Source: a virus
Strand: one strand, 5' to 3'
Virus record (IMG/VR): IMGVR_UViG_3300023179_000013
Coordinates: 64,001 to 128,000 of that record
Length of the DNA stretch: 64,000 bases
Position 1 is the first letter of the stretch. Every line of letters starts with the position of its first letter. Positions 1 through 9,100 of this stretch are shown piece by piece. The notes below the pieces were generated by a model. It did not search any database and was not told the DNA's origin. It saw only the letters and a program-made list of their open reading frames with translations. Both the position numbers and the translations under genes were made by a program.

Positions 1-1
1 A

Positions 2-433
2 CTTGGTACCAAATTACAAAAAGTATCAAATAAAATCCATCAGTTAACCTTACGTGGAGGTGCAAACTTCCTTGTATGTTCTCCAACTGTTGCTACAATC
101 ATCGAATCCATTCCTGGATTTGCTAGTGATGGCACTGGAGAAAAGATGGAATTTAACTTTGGTATTCAAAAAGTAGGTAGCTTAAATAGCCGCTACAAAG
201 TTTATAAGAACCCGTATATGACCGAAAACGTAATCCTCATGGGTTACAAAGGCAATCAGTTCTTAGAATGTGGTGCTGTGTTTGCTCCTTATGTACCTTT
301 AATCATGACTCCATTGTTGTACGATCCAACTACCTTTACTCCACGTAAGGGCTTGATGACTCGCTACGCCAAGAAAATGATCCGTCCTGATTATTATGGT
401 AAAATTTATGTAGCTGGTTTAGATACTATCTAA
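2..433 (+). CDS. Major capsid protein, C-terminal part (T4 gp23-like); 5' end lies outside the window
   Basis: Frame is open from base 2 (LGTKLQKVSNKIHQLTLRGGANFLVCSPTVATIIES...). It continues into GAVFAPYVPL...FTPRKGLMTRY, typical of the gp23 C-terminus. Confidence 0.92.
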   Translation, partial: LGTKLQKVSNKIHQLTLRGGANFLVCSPTVATIIESIPGFASDGTGEKMEFNFGIQKVGSLNSRYKVYKNPYMTENVILMGYKGNQFLECGAVFAPYVPLIMTPLLYDPTTFTPRKGLMTRYAKKMIRPDYYGKIYVAGLDTI

Positions 434-472
434 TCTAGAACAACATAATTAACCCCGTAAGGTTAAACATTT

Positions 473-504
473 AGAACCCGACCCCGTAAGGTCGGGTTCT
501 TTTG
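473..504 (+). terminator. Rho-independent terminator after the capsid gene
   Basis: Stem-loop AGAACCCGACC-CCGTAA-GGTCGGGTTCT followed by a T run. Confidence 0.85.
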
Positions 505-506
505 TT

Positions 507-515
507 ATATTTATA
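507..515 (+). promoter_or_regulatory. Putative phage late-promoter motif ATATTTATA (first of at least 11 intergenic copies)
   Basis: The same nonamer starts at 507, 1208, 6056, 16499, 20091, 23281, 24335, 26654, 39990, 50085 and 61716. ATATTTAT occurs at 20901 and 22702. Each lies just upstream of a start codon. Confidence 0.75.
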
Positions 516-529
516 TCAAATATAGCTGC

Positions 530-1198
530 ATGAGGGAACCAAATCGTGAGCGTAAAACAGAAATTAAGTTAATTAATGCTGTCCAATTAAATGAAGAACA
601 AAAAGAAGCAAAACGATTAATAATTGAAAACCAGGTAGTAATTATAACAGGTAGAGCAGGTTCAGGTAAATCATTAGTATGCGCACAAGCCGCATTAGAC
701 TTCCTTAAGAAAAAACAAATTGAGTGTATTTACAATACACGCGCTGCTGTAGAAGTTGGTAAATCATTGGGATTTTTACCTGGTGATATCAATGGTAAAT
801 TTGATCCATATATGGAGGCACTTATTGAAAACCTTAACAAATGCTGTTCAGATAAAAAAGAGGTAGCCAAACTAATTGAAGAAAATAAAGTCAAAGCACT
901 ACCAGTTCAATTCATCAGGGGTAAAACTATCGACGATATATTAATAGTAGAAGAAGCACAAAACCTTACTAAAGGTGAAATGTTAGCCATATTGACTCGC
1001 CTCGGTAAAACTGGTAAGATCGTTATTAACGGTGACAATGAACAAACCGATATAAAATCAAATACAGGCGAAATAAACGGCTTAAGTTACGTAATCGAAT
1101 TATCCAAAAAAATAGAAGAAATCAAGTGGATTAAATTAAAAGAAAACCACCGTTCTGATCTAGTGGGTAAGATACTCGAATATGAATATGGAAAGTAA
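530..1198 (+). CDS. phoH: PhoH-family ATPase
   Basis: Walker A GRAGSGKS, plus LGFLPGD, FIRGKT, EEAQN, LTRLG, GDNEQTD and HRS motifs. Confidence 0.93.
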   Translation: MREPNRERKTEIKLINAVQLNEEQKEAKRLIIENQVVIITGRAGSGKSLVCAQAALDFLKKKQIECIYNTRAAVEVGKSLGFLPGDINGKFDPYMEALIENLNKCCSDKKEVAKLIEENKVKALPVQFIRGKTIDDILIVEEAQNLTKGEMLAILTRLGKTGKIVINGDNEQTDIKSNTGEINGLSYVIELSKKIEEIKWIKLKENHRSDLVGKILEYEYGK

Positions 1199-1238
1199 TA
1201 GCCATTAATATTTATACGTGTTAAATACTAGTTAAATA

Positions 1239-3266
1239 ATGGCAATTAATCTAAGAGACCTATACGATCAGTATAATGGTAACCCAAATAAATTAACACC
1301 AGTAAAGGGTAATACACCATTTGAATATTACACAAATGACCCGGAATTTACCACGGATGCATTAGGTGTTGCTCGTTTCGTAGCACAACGTTTAGGTGTT
1401 ACTGGTCCTCAATATAATTTTGCAACTCAAAAATTTAACTCAAGCGCAGCTACATTAAATATTACTGATTTAACAGTATATGCAGCATTTGAAGAAGCCG
1501 TTACTACTTATGGTAATTTAGTTTACCAATACAAAATTAGAGACCAATATATTAATATGGAAGGATCGGATACATTGCCATTCTTTCATAATATTATTTC
1601 ATATGTTAACAGTAATGATGTACAATCTCCTGTAACTTGGTCTGCAGCTAGATTAGCAACATGGGCTGAAGTAGATTACGATCCTGCCTATTCACAATCA
1701 ATAGTAGATGGTGAAATTTGGGCTATATCTTCATCAATAAAAGATTACATTGCTCCTAACTTTGATTTAATTAAATCATTTAACTTAGCTGATAACTATA
1801 GAAGTTATAATGGTGGAACTACATATACAACATACAATTTAAGTTCATTTGTATATAATCAGTTTAATAATGTAGGTGGAGCTACTGTATTTACTCCTTA
1901 TTACAATCCAAACAGTGGATCATATTCATTTGGTACACAAACAGATGGTTATACTTATGGTGTAACAGGTAGTAATGGGGTACAAGTTCAACTTATTTTA
2001 ACTTCATCTACTACTCAAACAGACACAGCAACTAAACTTTATGTTGTAACAGGTAGTACAACAAGCATAACAGCTTATAATATTGGAAATAAAATAGCAG
2101 GAGCTTCTTTAGGTACATTTGGAACAGCTCTTACAGCTAATACAGGTTCAGGTGCTACAGTAGCTTTTACTTCTTCTATATCTAGCTATGATATTACTAA
2201 TTTTAAAATAAATAACTCATCTTTATTTTCTAATGTAACATCAGGTTCAACTGCTTCAAGACCAACAGGAAAATCTCACGTATATTTTTATACTACAACT
2301 AATACAATAGCAGGAGGATCTCAATTCTTTGTTTCTGCTTCTATAACACAACCTATACCAACAGTATACATTCAATCTAACATTAATCCATCATTAAATA
2401 ATAAACTATTAAGTAATAACTTAACAACTATTACTTCTCGTATTGCTGAAGATTATGCTGCTGAAGCTAATGTTGGTGGATATTATGATGTGAAAACAGG
2501 TTCTCTTGATATGGTGGCAGGTCAACAAAATTATAATTTAAATGAATGGGCTGCTGCTTCTGCTTCATTAAGTGAAGGTGATTCAATAGAAATTAGAAGA
2601 ATATTCTATCAGTCCCCACCAGCCATTGTTCGTTATTTTGACCCATATGCTGGTACAGGTACAGGTATCCAATCATTGCTTGAAACATTTGGATTTGGTC
2701 AGTTTTCTCCTGGTATTAATTTCTTATTAATGCCAATTTACTTTGACGTTCAAAAAGTACAAGCAATTGAATTAAACGACCAGATAAGAAAAGCGGATTA
2801 TTCATTTGATTTAAGAAATAATCAATTGAAAATATTCCCTATCCCTAATGAAGATAAAAAATTATATTTTGAGTACATTACTATGAGTGATAAAAACCAA
2901 CTAGTAAGAGATACTAGAAAAAATGTGGTTACTGATATAATGAACGTACCTTATAGAAACCCAATTTATTCTAATATTAATACAGTTGGTAGAACTTGGA
3001 TTTATAAATATACTTTAGCATTGTGCCGTGAAATTGAAGCTCACATTCGTATTCAATATGCAAACTTGAGTATTCAAGGTATTGGACCACTTCAAGGATC
3101 AGAATTAATTACAGATGCTAGAACTGAGAAAGAAAATTTATTAACCGAATTAAAGGAAATGTTAAATGAAGTATCACGTAAAGGTCAATTGGAACGTAAG
3201 CAACAAGAGGCTCAATTTACTCGCGATACATTATCGAATGTTCCTTTAAACATATATATAATGTAA
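1239..3266 (+). CDS. Neck/head-completion protein (gp13-like) with a large Ser/Thr/Gly-rich internal segment
   Basis: Position after the capsid gene; C-terminal WIYKYTLALCRE...GSELITDARTEKENL resembles gp13-type neck proteins. Confidence 0.6.
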   Translation: MAINLRDLYDQYNGNPNKLTPVKGNTPFEYYTNDPEFTTDALGVARFVAQRLGVTGPQYNFATQKFNSSAATLNITDLTVYAAFEEAVTTYGNLVYQYKIRDQYINMEGSDTLPFFHNIISYVNSNDVQSPVTWSAARLATWAEVDYDPAYSQSIVDGEIWAISSSIKDYIAPNFDLIKSFNLADNYRSYNGGTTYTTYNLSSFVYNQFNNVGGATVFTPYYNPNSGSYSFGTQTDGYTYGVTGSNGVQVQLILTSSTTQTDTATKLYVVTGSTTSITAYNIGNKIAGASLGTFGTALTANTGSGATVAFTSSISSYDITNFKINNSSLFSNVTSGSTASRPTGKSHVYFYTTTNTIAGGSQFFVSASITQPIPTVYIQSNINPSLNNKLLSNNLTTITSRIAEDYAAEANVGGYYDVKTGSLDMVAGQQNYNLNEWAAASASLSEGDSIEIRRIFYQSPPAIVRYFDPYAGTGTGIQSLLETFGFGQFSPGINFLLMPIYFDVQKVQAIELNDQIRKADYSFDLRNNQLKIFPIPNEDKKLYFEYITMSDKNQLVRDTRKNVVTDIMNVPYRNPIYSNINTVGRTWIYKYTLALCREIEAHIRIQYANLSIQGIGPLQGSELITDARTEKENLLTELKEMLNEVSRKGQLERKQQEAQFTRDTLSNVPLNIYIM

Positions 3267-3267
3267 T

Positions 3268-3849
3268 ATGCCTTGGCCAGCAACAGGAATAGGAGGAGGA
3301 CCAGGAGTTGATGATGGACCTCCAATATTTGACCCCCCAGTATTAATAGATCCTCCACCAGGTGGTGGTGGTGTTGGTGTAGGTGGTGGTGGTGGAGGTA
3401 TTGGAGATGTTATAGGAGGTATGATTAATTATTCCAACATGAGTGTTGGATATTTTAAGATTAATCTTGAAAGTACTGTAACAAACATGTATGGAGAATC
3501 ATTAGAAAAATGGTATTATCCTCCAATGGAACTAAAATGTTTACTTGAAAGAGGTGACTATACTAACCCTGATGATGAATTTGGAGTTGGAATATCTCAA
3601 ACATTAACAGTTAAGATAACAAGAGATAATTTTGAAGCTATTAATATATTACCTGAAGTTGGTGATATAGTAACAGACCAAGAAAGATATTACGAAGTGA
3701 AAGACTTAAATACAAGCATCATTACAATACCAGGAACAACAGCACAAAATGCTGGTTCTGGTGGAACAGCAGGTCAAATTTTATTATATGGCTTAACATG
3801 CTACTTAACAAGAATAACTAAACTTAATATAATACCTTATTATCAATAA
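3268..3849 (+). CDS. Head-tail connector/neck protein (gp14-like) with a Pro/Gly-rich N-terminus
   Basis: TNMYGES and PEVGDIV...YYEV motifs; synteny. Confidence 0.55.
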   Translation: MPWPATGIGGGPGVDDGPPIFDPPVLIDPPPGGGGVGVGGGGGGIGDVIGGMINYSNMSVGYFKINLESTVTNMYGESLEKWYYPPMELKCLLERGDYTNPDDEFGVGISQTLTVKITRDNFEAINILPEVGDIVTDQERYYEVKDLNTSIITIPGTTAQNAGSGGTAGQILLYGLTCYLTRITKLNIIPYYQ

Positions 3850-4184
3850 TGAAATTGTCAAATTTAATACTAGAAGGAACTACTTTATTTTTAGTAGATA
3901 TCTTAATTAAAACTAAGAAAGATGCTAATAAAGTAGAAATTTATAATCAAATTAGAGCATTAACTAATGTTGTAGTTGTTACTGTTGAACAAAATGATTT
4001 TTTAGATAGTAAAGCAACAGATCAATTTGATTATGAAATGCTTCATTTAAAATTTCTAGCAACTGAGGAACCAAGAGTAGCTATTGATGCTATTAAAAAA
4101 GATGCAATGATAACAAGCCGTATTCCTGGTTTATTACAATTTATAGTAAGATATAAAACAATTCAATCAAAAGGTAAATATTAA
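3849..4184 (+). CDS. Hypothetical protein, possible internal head protein
   Basis: N-terminus MKLSNLILE; translationally coupled to the upstream gene. Confidence 0.5.
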   Translation: MKLSNLILEGTTLFLVDILIKTKKDANKVEIYNQIRALTNVVVVTVEQNDFLDSKATDQFDYEMLHLKFLATEEPRVAIDAIKKDAMITSRIPGLLQFIVRYKTIQSKGKY

Positions 4185-4188
4185 TACA

Positions 4189-4521
4189 ATGATTAAATTA
4201 TCTGATTTATTAAAAGAAGCTACTTATGTTCAATTACCTGGTGGGGAAAAGCCTGAAGAACTAATTTCTAAAGGATTTACCATGAGTAAACCAGAAGTAG
4301 ATCCTGAAACAGGTAAAATAACTACTTCTGTAAAATATTTACCTAAGTTTAAACAAATGCGCTTTGAACTTATGCAACAAAGAAAACAAATAAGCCCATT
4401 TAAACATTCATCCAACCCAGATATTGCTAAAATAGCAACAGAGGCTAATAAAATGATAGGTAAATTATCTCAATTAATTTTAGCTTTAGATGAAATGATT
4501 GAATTACAACAAAAAGGATAA
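4189..4521 (+). CDS. Hypothetical protein, possible internal head protein
   Basis: N-terminus MIKLSDLLKE. Confidence 0.5.
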   Translation: MIKLSDLLKEATYVQLPGGEKPEELISKGFTMSKPEVDPETGKITTSVKYLPKFKQMRFELMQQRKQISPFKHSSNPDIAKIATEANKMIGKLSQLILALDEMIELQQKG

Positions 4522-4523
4522 TA

Positions 4524-5840
4524 ATGAGGGAAAGGAAACCAACACCAAAAAATGCTATTGATATAGATAAGGAATTTATAAATCCTTATTTGTCTAATCT
4601 GGGTAAACCAGTAGTGGAAGGTCATCCTTTAGAAAATAATCGTGGTATAAATTATTCATTTAAAAATGATACTGTAAAAGACATTAGTATTGGTTTACAA
4701 GATATTGATGAAGCTATAATGTATTATTTTAATGAAGTTATTAAACCTACAGTTGTTCAAGACGGAAATAGAATGGCTGTAAGAACAATGTATGGTAACC
4801 CTGAACGTTGGAAATCAGTTCAAGCTGATGGGTTTTTAAGGGACGGTAACAACCAAATTATTGTTCCTGTTATAATGATTAAACGTGAAAATATTGAAAA
4901 AGTTAGAACTTTAGGTAATAAAATAGATGGTAATACTATTGCTTTATATCAAGTAGTAGGATCAAAATATAATCCTAGAAACCAATATGATAATTTTGGT
5001 GTATTAAACAATAGAATTCCTTCTGAACAATATTATGTAACTACAGTACCAGATTATCTTACATTAACATATAGTTGTATTATATTTACAAACTTTGTAG
5101 AACAAAATAATAAAATAGTAGAGGCAATTGAATTTGCTTCTGATTCATATTGGGGTGATCCAAATCGTTTTAAATTTAGAACAAGCATTGATTCATTTGC
5201 TACTACAGTTACAATTGAAAATGGAGCTGATAGAGCAGCTAAATCAACATTTAACTTTAAAGTACAAGGATATATAATCCCAGACACAGTAAGTAAAGAC
5301 TTAGCAACAGTACGTAGTAAATTCTATACAAAATCACAAGTGATATTTGATATGGAAGTAATAACTTCTACACAACAATTAGTTAATACAGCTGCTAATA
5401 AAAGTGTTGCTTCTTCTAATGAAGCACAAATAGATCAAGTTACATTTGCTAATGAACCTGAAGCATTAAATTCAGGTGGTGCTTCATCTTTTATTGGAGG
5501 AGGAATAAATGTATTAAGATCAAGTTTTAATATATCTGCAGCAGATGCTGGTGATTTAGATTATCTAAATACCAATATAAGCAAAACAGCAAACACAGTA
5601 ACAGGACCAAATGTAGCCATACTTACAGGTGCTGCTTTACTTCAACCTCCAGTTGGCTCATCATTACCTGCAACATCAAATGATAACTTTACATTTACTG
5701 TTAACGGAATAGATGTACCATCATCTTATATAACAATTGTAGAAGCTGGTGGAAATGTAACATTAATATTTGATACTACTAGTATGGGTTATACATTAAT
5801 TTCAACAGACGAAGTTATAGCTGTTGGTAAATTCCAATAA
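4524..5840 (+). CDS. Tail completion/sheath terminator-like protein (gp15-like) with a C-terminal extension
   Basis: Motifs YGNPERWKSVQ, VPDYLTLTY and F-x-F-KVQGYIIP; synteny. Confidence 0.5.
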   Translation: MRERKPTPKNAIDIDKEFINPYLSNLGKPVVEGHPLENNRGINYSFKNDTVKDISIGLQDIDEAIMYYFNEVIKPTVVQDGNRMAVRTMYGNPERWKSVQADGFLRDGNNQIIVPVIMIKRENIEKVRTLGNKIDGNTIALYQVVGSKYNPRNQYDNFGVLNNRIPSEQYYVTTVPDYLTLTYSCIIFTNFVEQNNKIVEAIEFASDSYWGDPNRFKFRTSIDSFATTVTIENGADRAAKSTFNFKVQGYIIPDTVSKDLATVRSKFYTKSQVIFDMEVITSTQQLVNTAANKSVASSNEAQIDQVTFANEPEALNSGGASSFIGGGINVLRSSFNISAADAGDLDYLNTNISKTANTVTGPNVAILTGAALLQPPVGSSLPATSNDNFTFTVNGIDVPSSYITIVEAGGNVTLIFDTTSMGYTLISTDEVIAVGKFQ

Positions 5841-5842
5841 AG

Positions 5843-6052
5843 ATGGCGCGAATTAGGTTAGAACAATTAAGGGCAAATCTATACTATGATACAGGATCAA
5901 ATGTGTTGTCTGTATCTGGTTCACTTAATATTACCCAAACATCTCCTTCTTATCCTGCCTTAACCAATTCTGGTTCATTTTACGTAGTAGACTCCCCTAA
6001 TGTAGCAAGTGGTTCATATAATGGAAATGCAATTGACGGAGGAACATACTAA
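5843..6052 (+). CDS. Small virion/fibre-associated protein
   Basis: SGS-rich, ends IDGGTY, directly precedes the fibre gene. Confidence 0.5.
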   Translation: MARIRLEQLRANLYYDTGSNVLSVSGSLNITQTSPSYPALTNSGSFYVVDSPNVASGSYNGNAIDGGTY

Positions 6053-6067
6053 TTGATATTTATACAC

Positions 6068-6126
6068 GGCTTACATAAGCCAAAGCATCAGAGGTATATA
6101 CCGTTTAAATTGATCCATACATATGG
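6068..6126 (+). promoter_or_regulatory. Three mini-hairpins with TA(C/T)ATA cores at a 23-nt period; the last covers the ATG
   Basis: GGCTTACATAAGCC (6068-6081), GGTATATACC (6093-6102), CCATACATATGG (6115-6126). Confidence 0.6.
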
Positions 6127-9100
6127 CTGTTAATATTGAATTGAAACGTAGTGCGGTCCCTGGTAAGGTGCCTACCACTAGTTCCCTAAATTTAGGTGAA
6201 ATTGCCATCAACACTTATGATGGTAAAGTATATTTCAAAAAAGACAATGGAACTGCATCCATTGTAGAATTAGCAGCACTTGCCTCTGGTTCTTTACCTC
6301 CAACATCATCATACTCTATTAGCTCATCGTATGCTGTAACAGCATCATACGCTGTTACTTCAACATCGGCTAGCTATGCATTATCATCAAGCTATTCTTT
6401 TAATGCTACTAGTGCATCTTACTCATTAACAGCTACAAGTGCATCATATGCTACTAGTGCATCATACTCTAACACATCATCATATGCCGCTACAGCTACT
6501 AGTGCATCATATTCATTAACAGCTACAAGTGCATCATATGCGGCTACAGCATCATCAGCAGATGATTTTACTGTTAGAGGTACTTTAACGGCTCAAACAA
6601 TTATAGCTCAGTATATTACATCATCTACTGAATATATAACTGGATCAACAAAATTCGGTTCTCAATTATCAAATACACACCAGTTTACTGGATCAGTATC
6701 AATAACTGGTAGTTTAGCTATAAACGGTGTTGATTATGCATCAACATCTGCATCATTTAATACTAGAATTACAAACAATAGTGCTAGTATTGCTGCATTA
6801 TCTGCTTCATTCAATGGATTTAGTGGATCATTTAATACTGGTTCATTTACAGGATCGTTTAATGGTCAATTTATAGGATCATTTAGTGGTTCATTAAACA
6901 ACTTACAAGGCGCACCAACATACATTCCATTCTTTAGCTCATCTCAAGTATTAGCTAATAGTTCAATGTATCAAGTTGGTACATCTAGTATTGCTATTAA
7001 CCAAACAAACATTACAACAGCCAATCCAGAGGCATTGTATGTTTCTCAAACACATCCAACTTCAATAAATGTAATTAGTGGTAAAGGTAACTTAAACAAC
7101 TACTTACAATTAAATATATTTAACACCAATCAAGGAGCTTCAGCTTCATCAGATATAGTTGCTACAGCCAATAATGGTAATGAAACTACCAACTATATTG
7201 ATATGGGTATCAATAGTGAATTGTACAATCAAAACTTTATTGGTGCTGCAAATGATGCTTACCTATATTCTACAGGTAATGATTTGCATATTGGTAATGC
7301 CACATCAAATAAAGCGCTACAATTCTTTGTAGGAGGAACTGATGTTGATGTATATAATAAGCTTCAACTTAATTCTGATAACAGACATAATATGTCTGGT
7401 TCATTAGATGTGAGTGGAAGTATTAAAGCACAAAGCTTTACAGGCTCATTACTTGGAACAGCATCATATGCTGCTAACGCTAATACCGCTTCTTATGCAT
7501 TGAATGCTTCGAATGCTGTTAGCTCATCATTTGCTAGTACAGCATCTTATGTACTACAAGCAGTATCTGCTTCGTTTGCAACACAAGCAGCAAATGCAAC
7601 AAGTGCTTCATTTGCTACTACTGCTTCATATGTACTTCAAGCAGTATCTGCTTCTTATTGGAGTGGTAGCATATTAAATGCAACTAGTGCTTCATTTGCT
7701 TCTACAGCATCGTTTGTAGCAAATGCTCAAACAGCTTCGTTTGTTCAAAATGCTGTTAGTGCATCGTTTGCTTTAACAGCATCCTATGCTAGCAATGTTC
7801 CTGCAACCGCATCTTATGCTTTACAAGCATTAAGTTCATCTTATGCCTTAACAGCATCATATGCTATGAATGGTGGTAGTGGTACTTCATTCCCTTATAC
7901 AGGTAGTGCTATTATAACCGGAAGTTTAGTTGTAACAGGATCTACTACATCAACAGGTGGATTTACAGGATCATTATTAGGAACATCTTCGTTTGCTAAT
8001 AATGCTACTTCAGCATCATATGCTACTACTGCATCTTATGTTTTAAATGCAGTAAGTAGTTCATTTGCCTCAACAGCATCGTTTGTAGCTAATGCTCAAA
8101 CGGCATCATATGTACTTCAAGCAGTATCTGCTTCATTTGCTACTAGTGCTTCACTAGCTCAAACAGCAAGTTACGTATTAAATGCTGTAAGTTCATCATT
8201 TGCAGCTACTGCCTCTAGAGTTAATCAACTTAACCAAGCAGTAGTAATATCTGGGTCTTTAACAGTAACAGGTTCAACTAACTTTGTAGGAGATACAGGC
8301 ACAACACTATTTTCAGCTAATGCTGATACTTTAACATTTACAGGTTCAATCTATACAAGTGGCTCTATTGTTTCAACTGGTAGTTTAAATATTACTAGTA
8401 TAACTAGCTCCTTACTTGGAACTGCATCTTATGCTACTCAAGCATTAACAGCATCAAATGCTAATACTGCTTCTTATATTTTAAATGCAGTAAGTAGTTC
8501 GTTTGCCTCTACTGCTTCGTTTGTAGCTAATGCACAAACTGCTTCTTATGTTTTACAAGCAGTAAGTTCATCATTTGCAACAAGTGCTTCATATGCATTA
8601 AGCTCATCTCAAGCTCAAAATGCTACAAGTGCTTCATTTGCAATAACATCTGTAACAGCATCATACGCTAATAATCTTACAGTAGCAGGTACTTTAACTG
8701 CTCAAACAATTGTAGCACAATATATAACTTCATCTACAGAATACATTACAGGATCTACTCAATTTGGAAGTATTATAACTAATACTCACCAATTTACCGG
8801 TTCAGTAAGTGTAAGTGGATCTTTAGCTGTAAACGGATCAAATGTAATCTTAACAAATCAGACATCGTCAATGTCTGTTGCTACTGCTTCATTTGTTCAA
8901 AATGCAGTTAGCTCATCTTTTGCATCAACAGCATCGTTTGTAGCTAATGCTCAAACAGCATCATATGTCTTACAAGCAGTATCTGCCTCATTTGCTACAT
9001 CTGCTTCTCAAGCTCAAAATGCTACTACAGCATCTTATATACTAAATGCTGTAAGTTCATCATTTGCTAGCACAGCATCATTTGTTCAAAATGCACAAAC

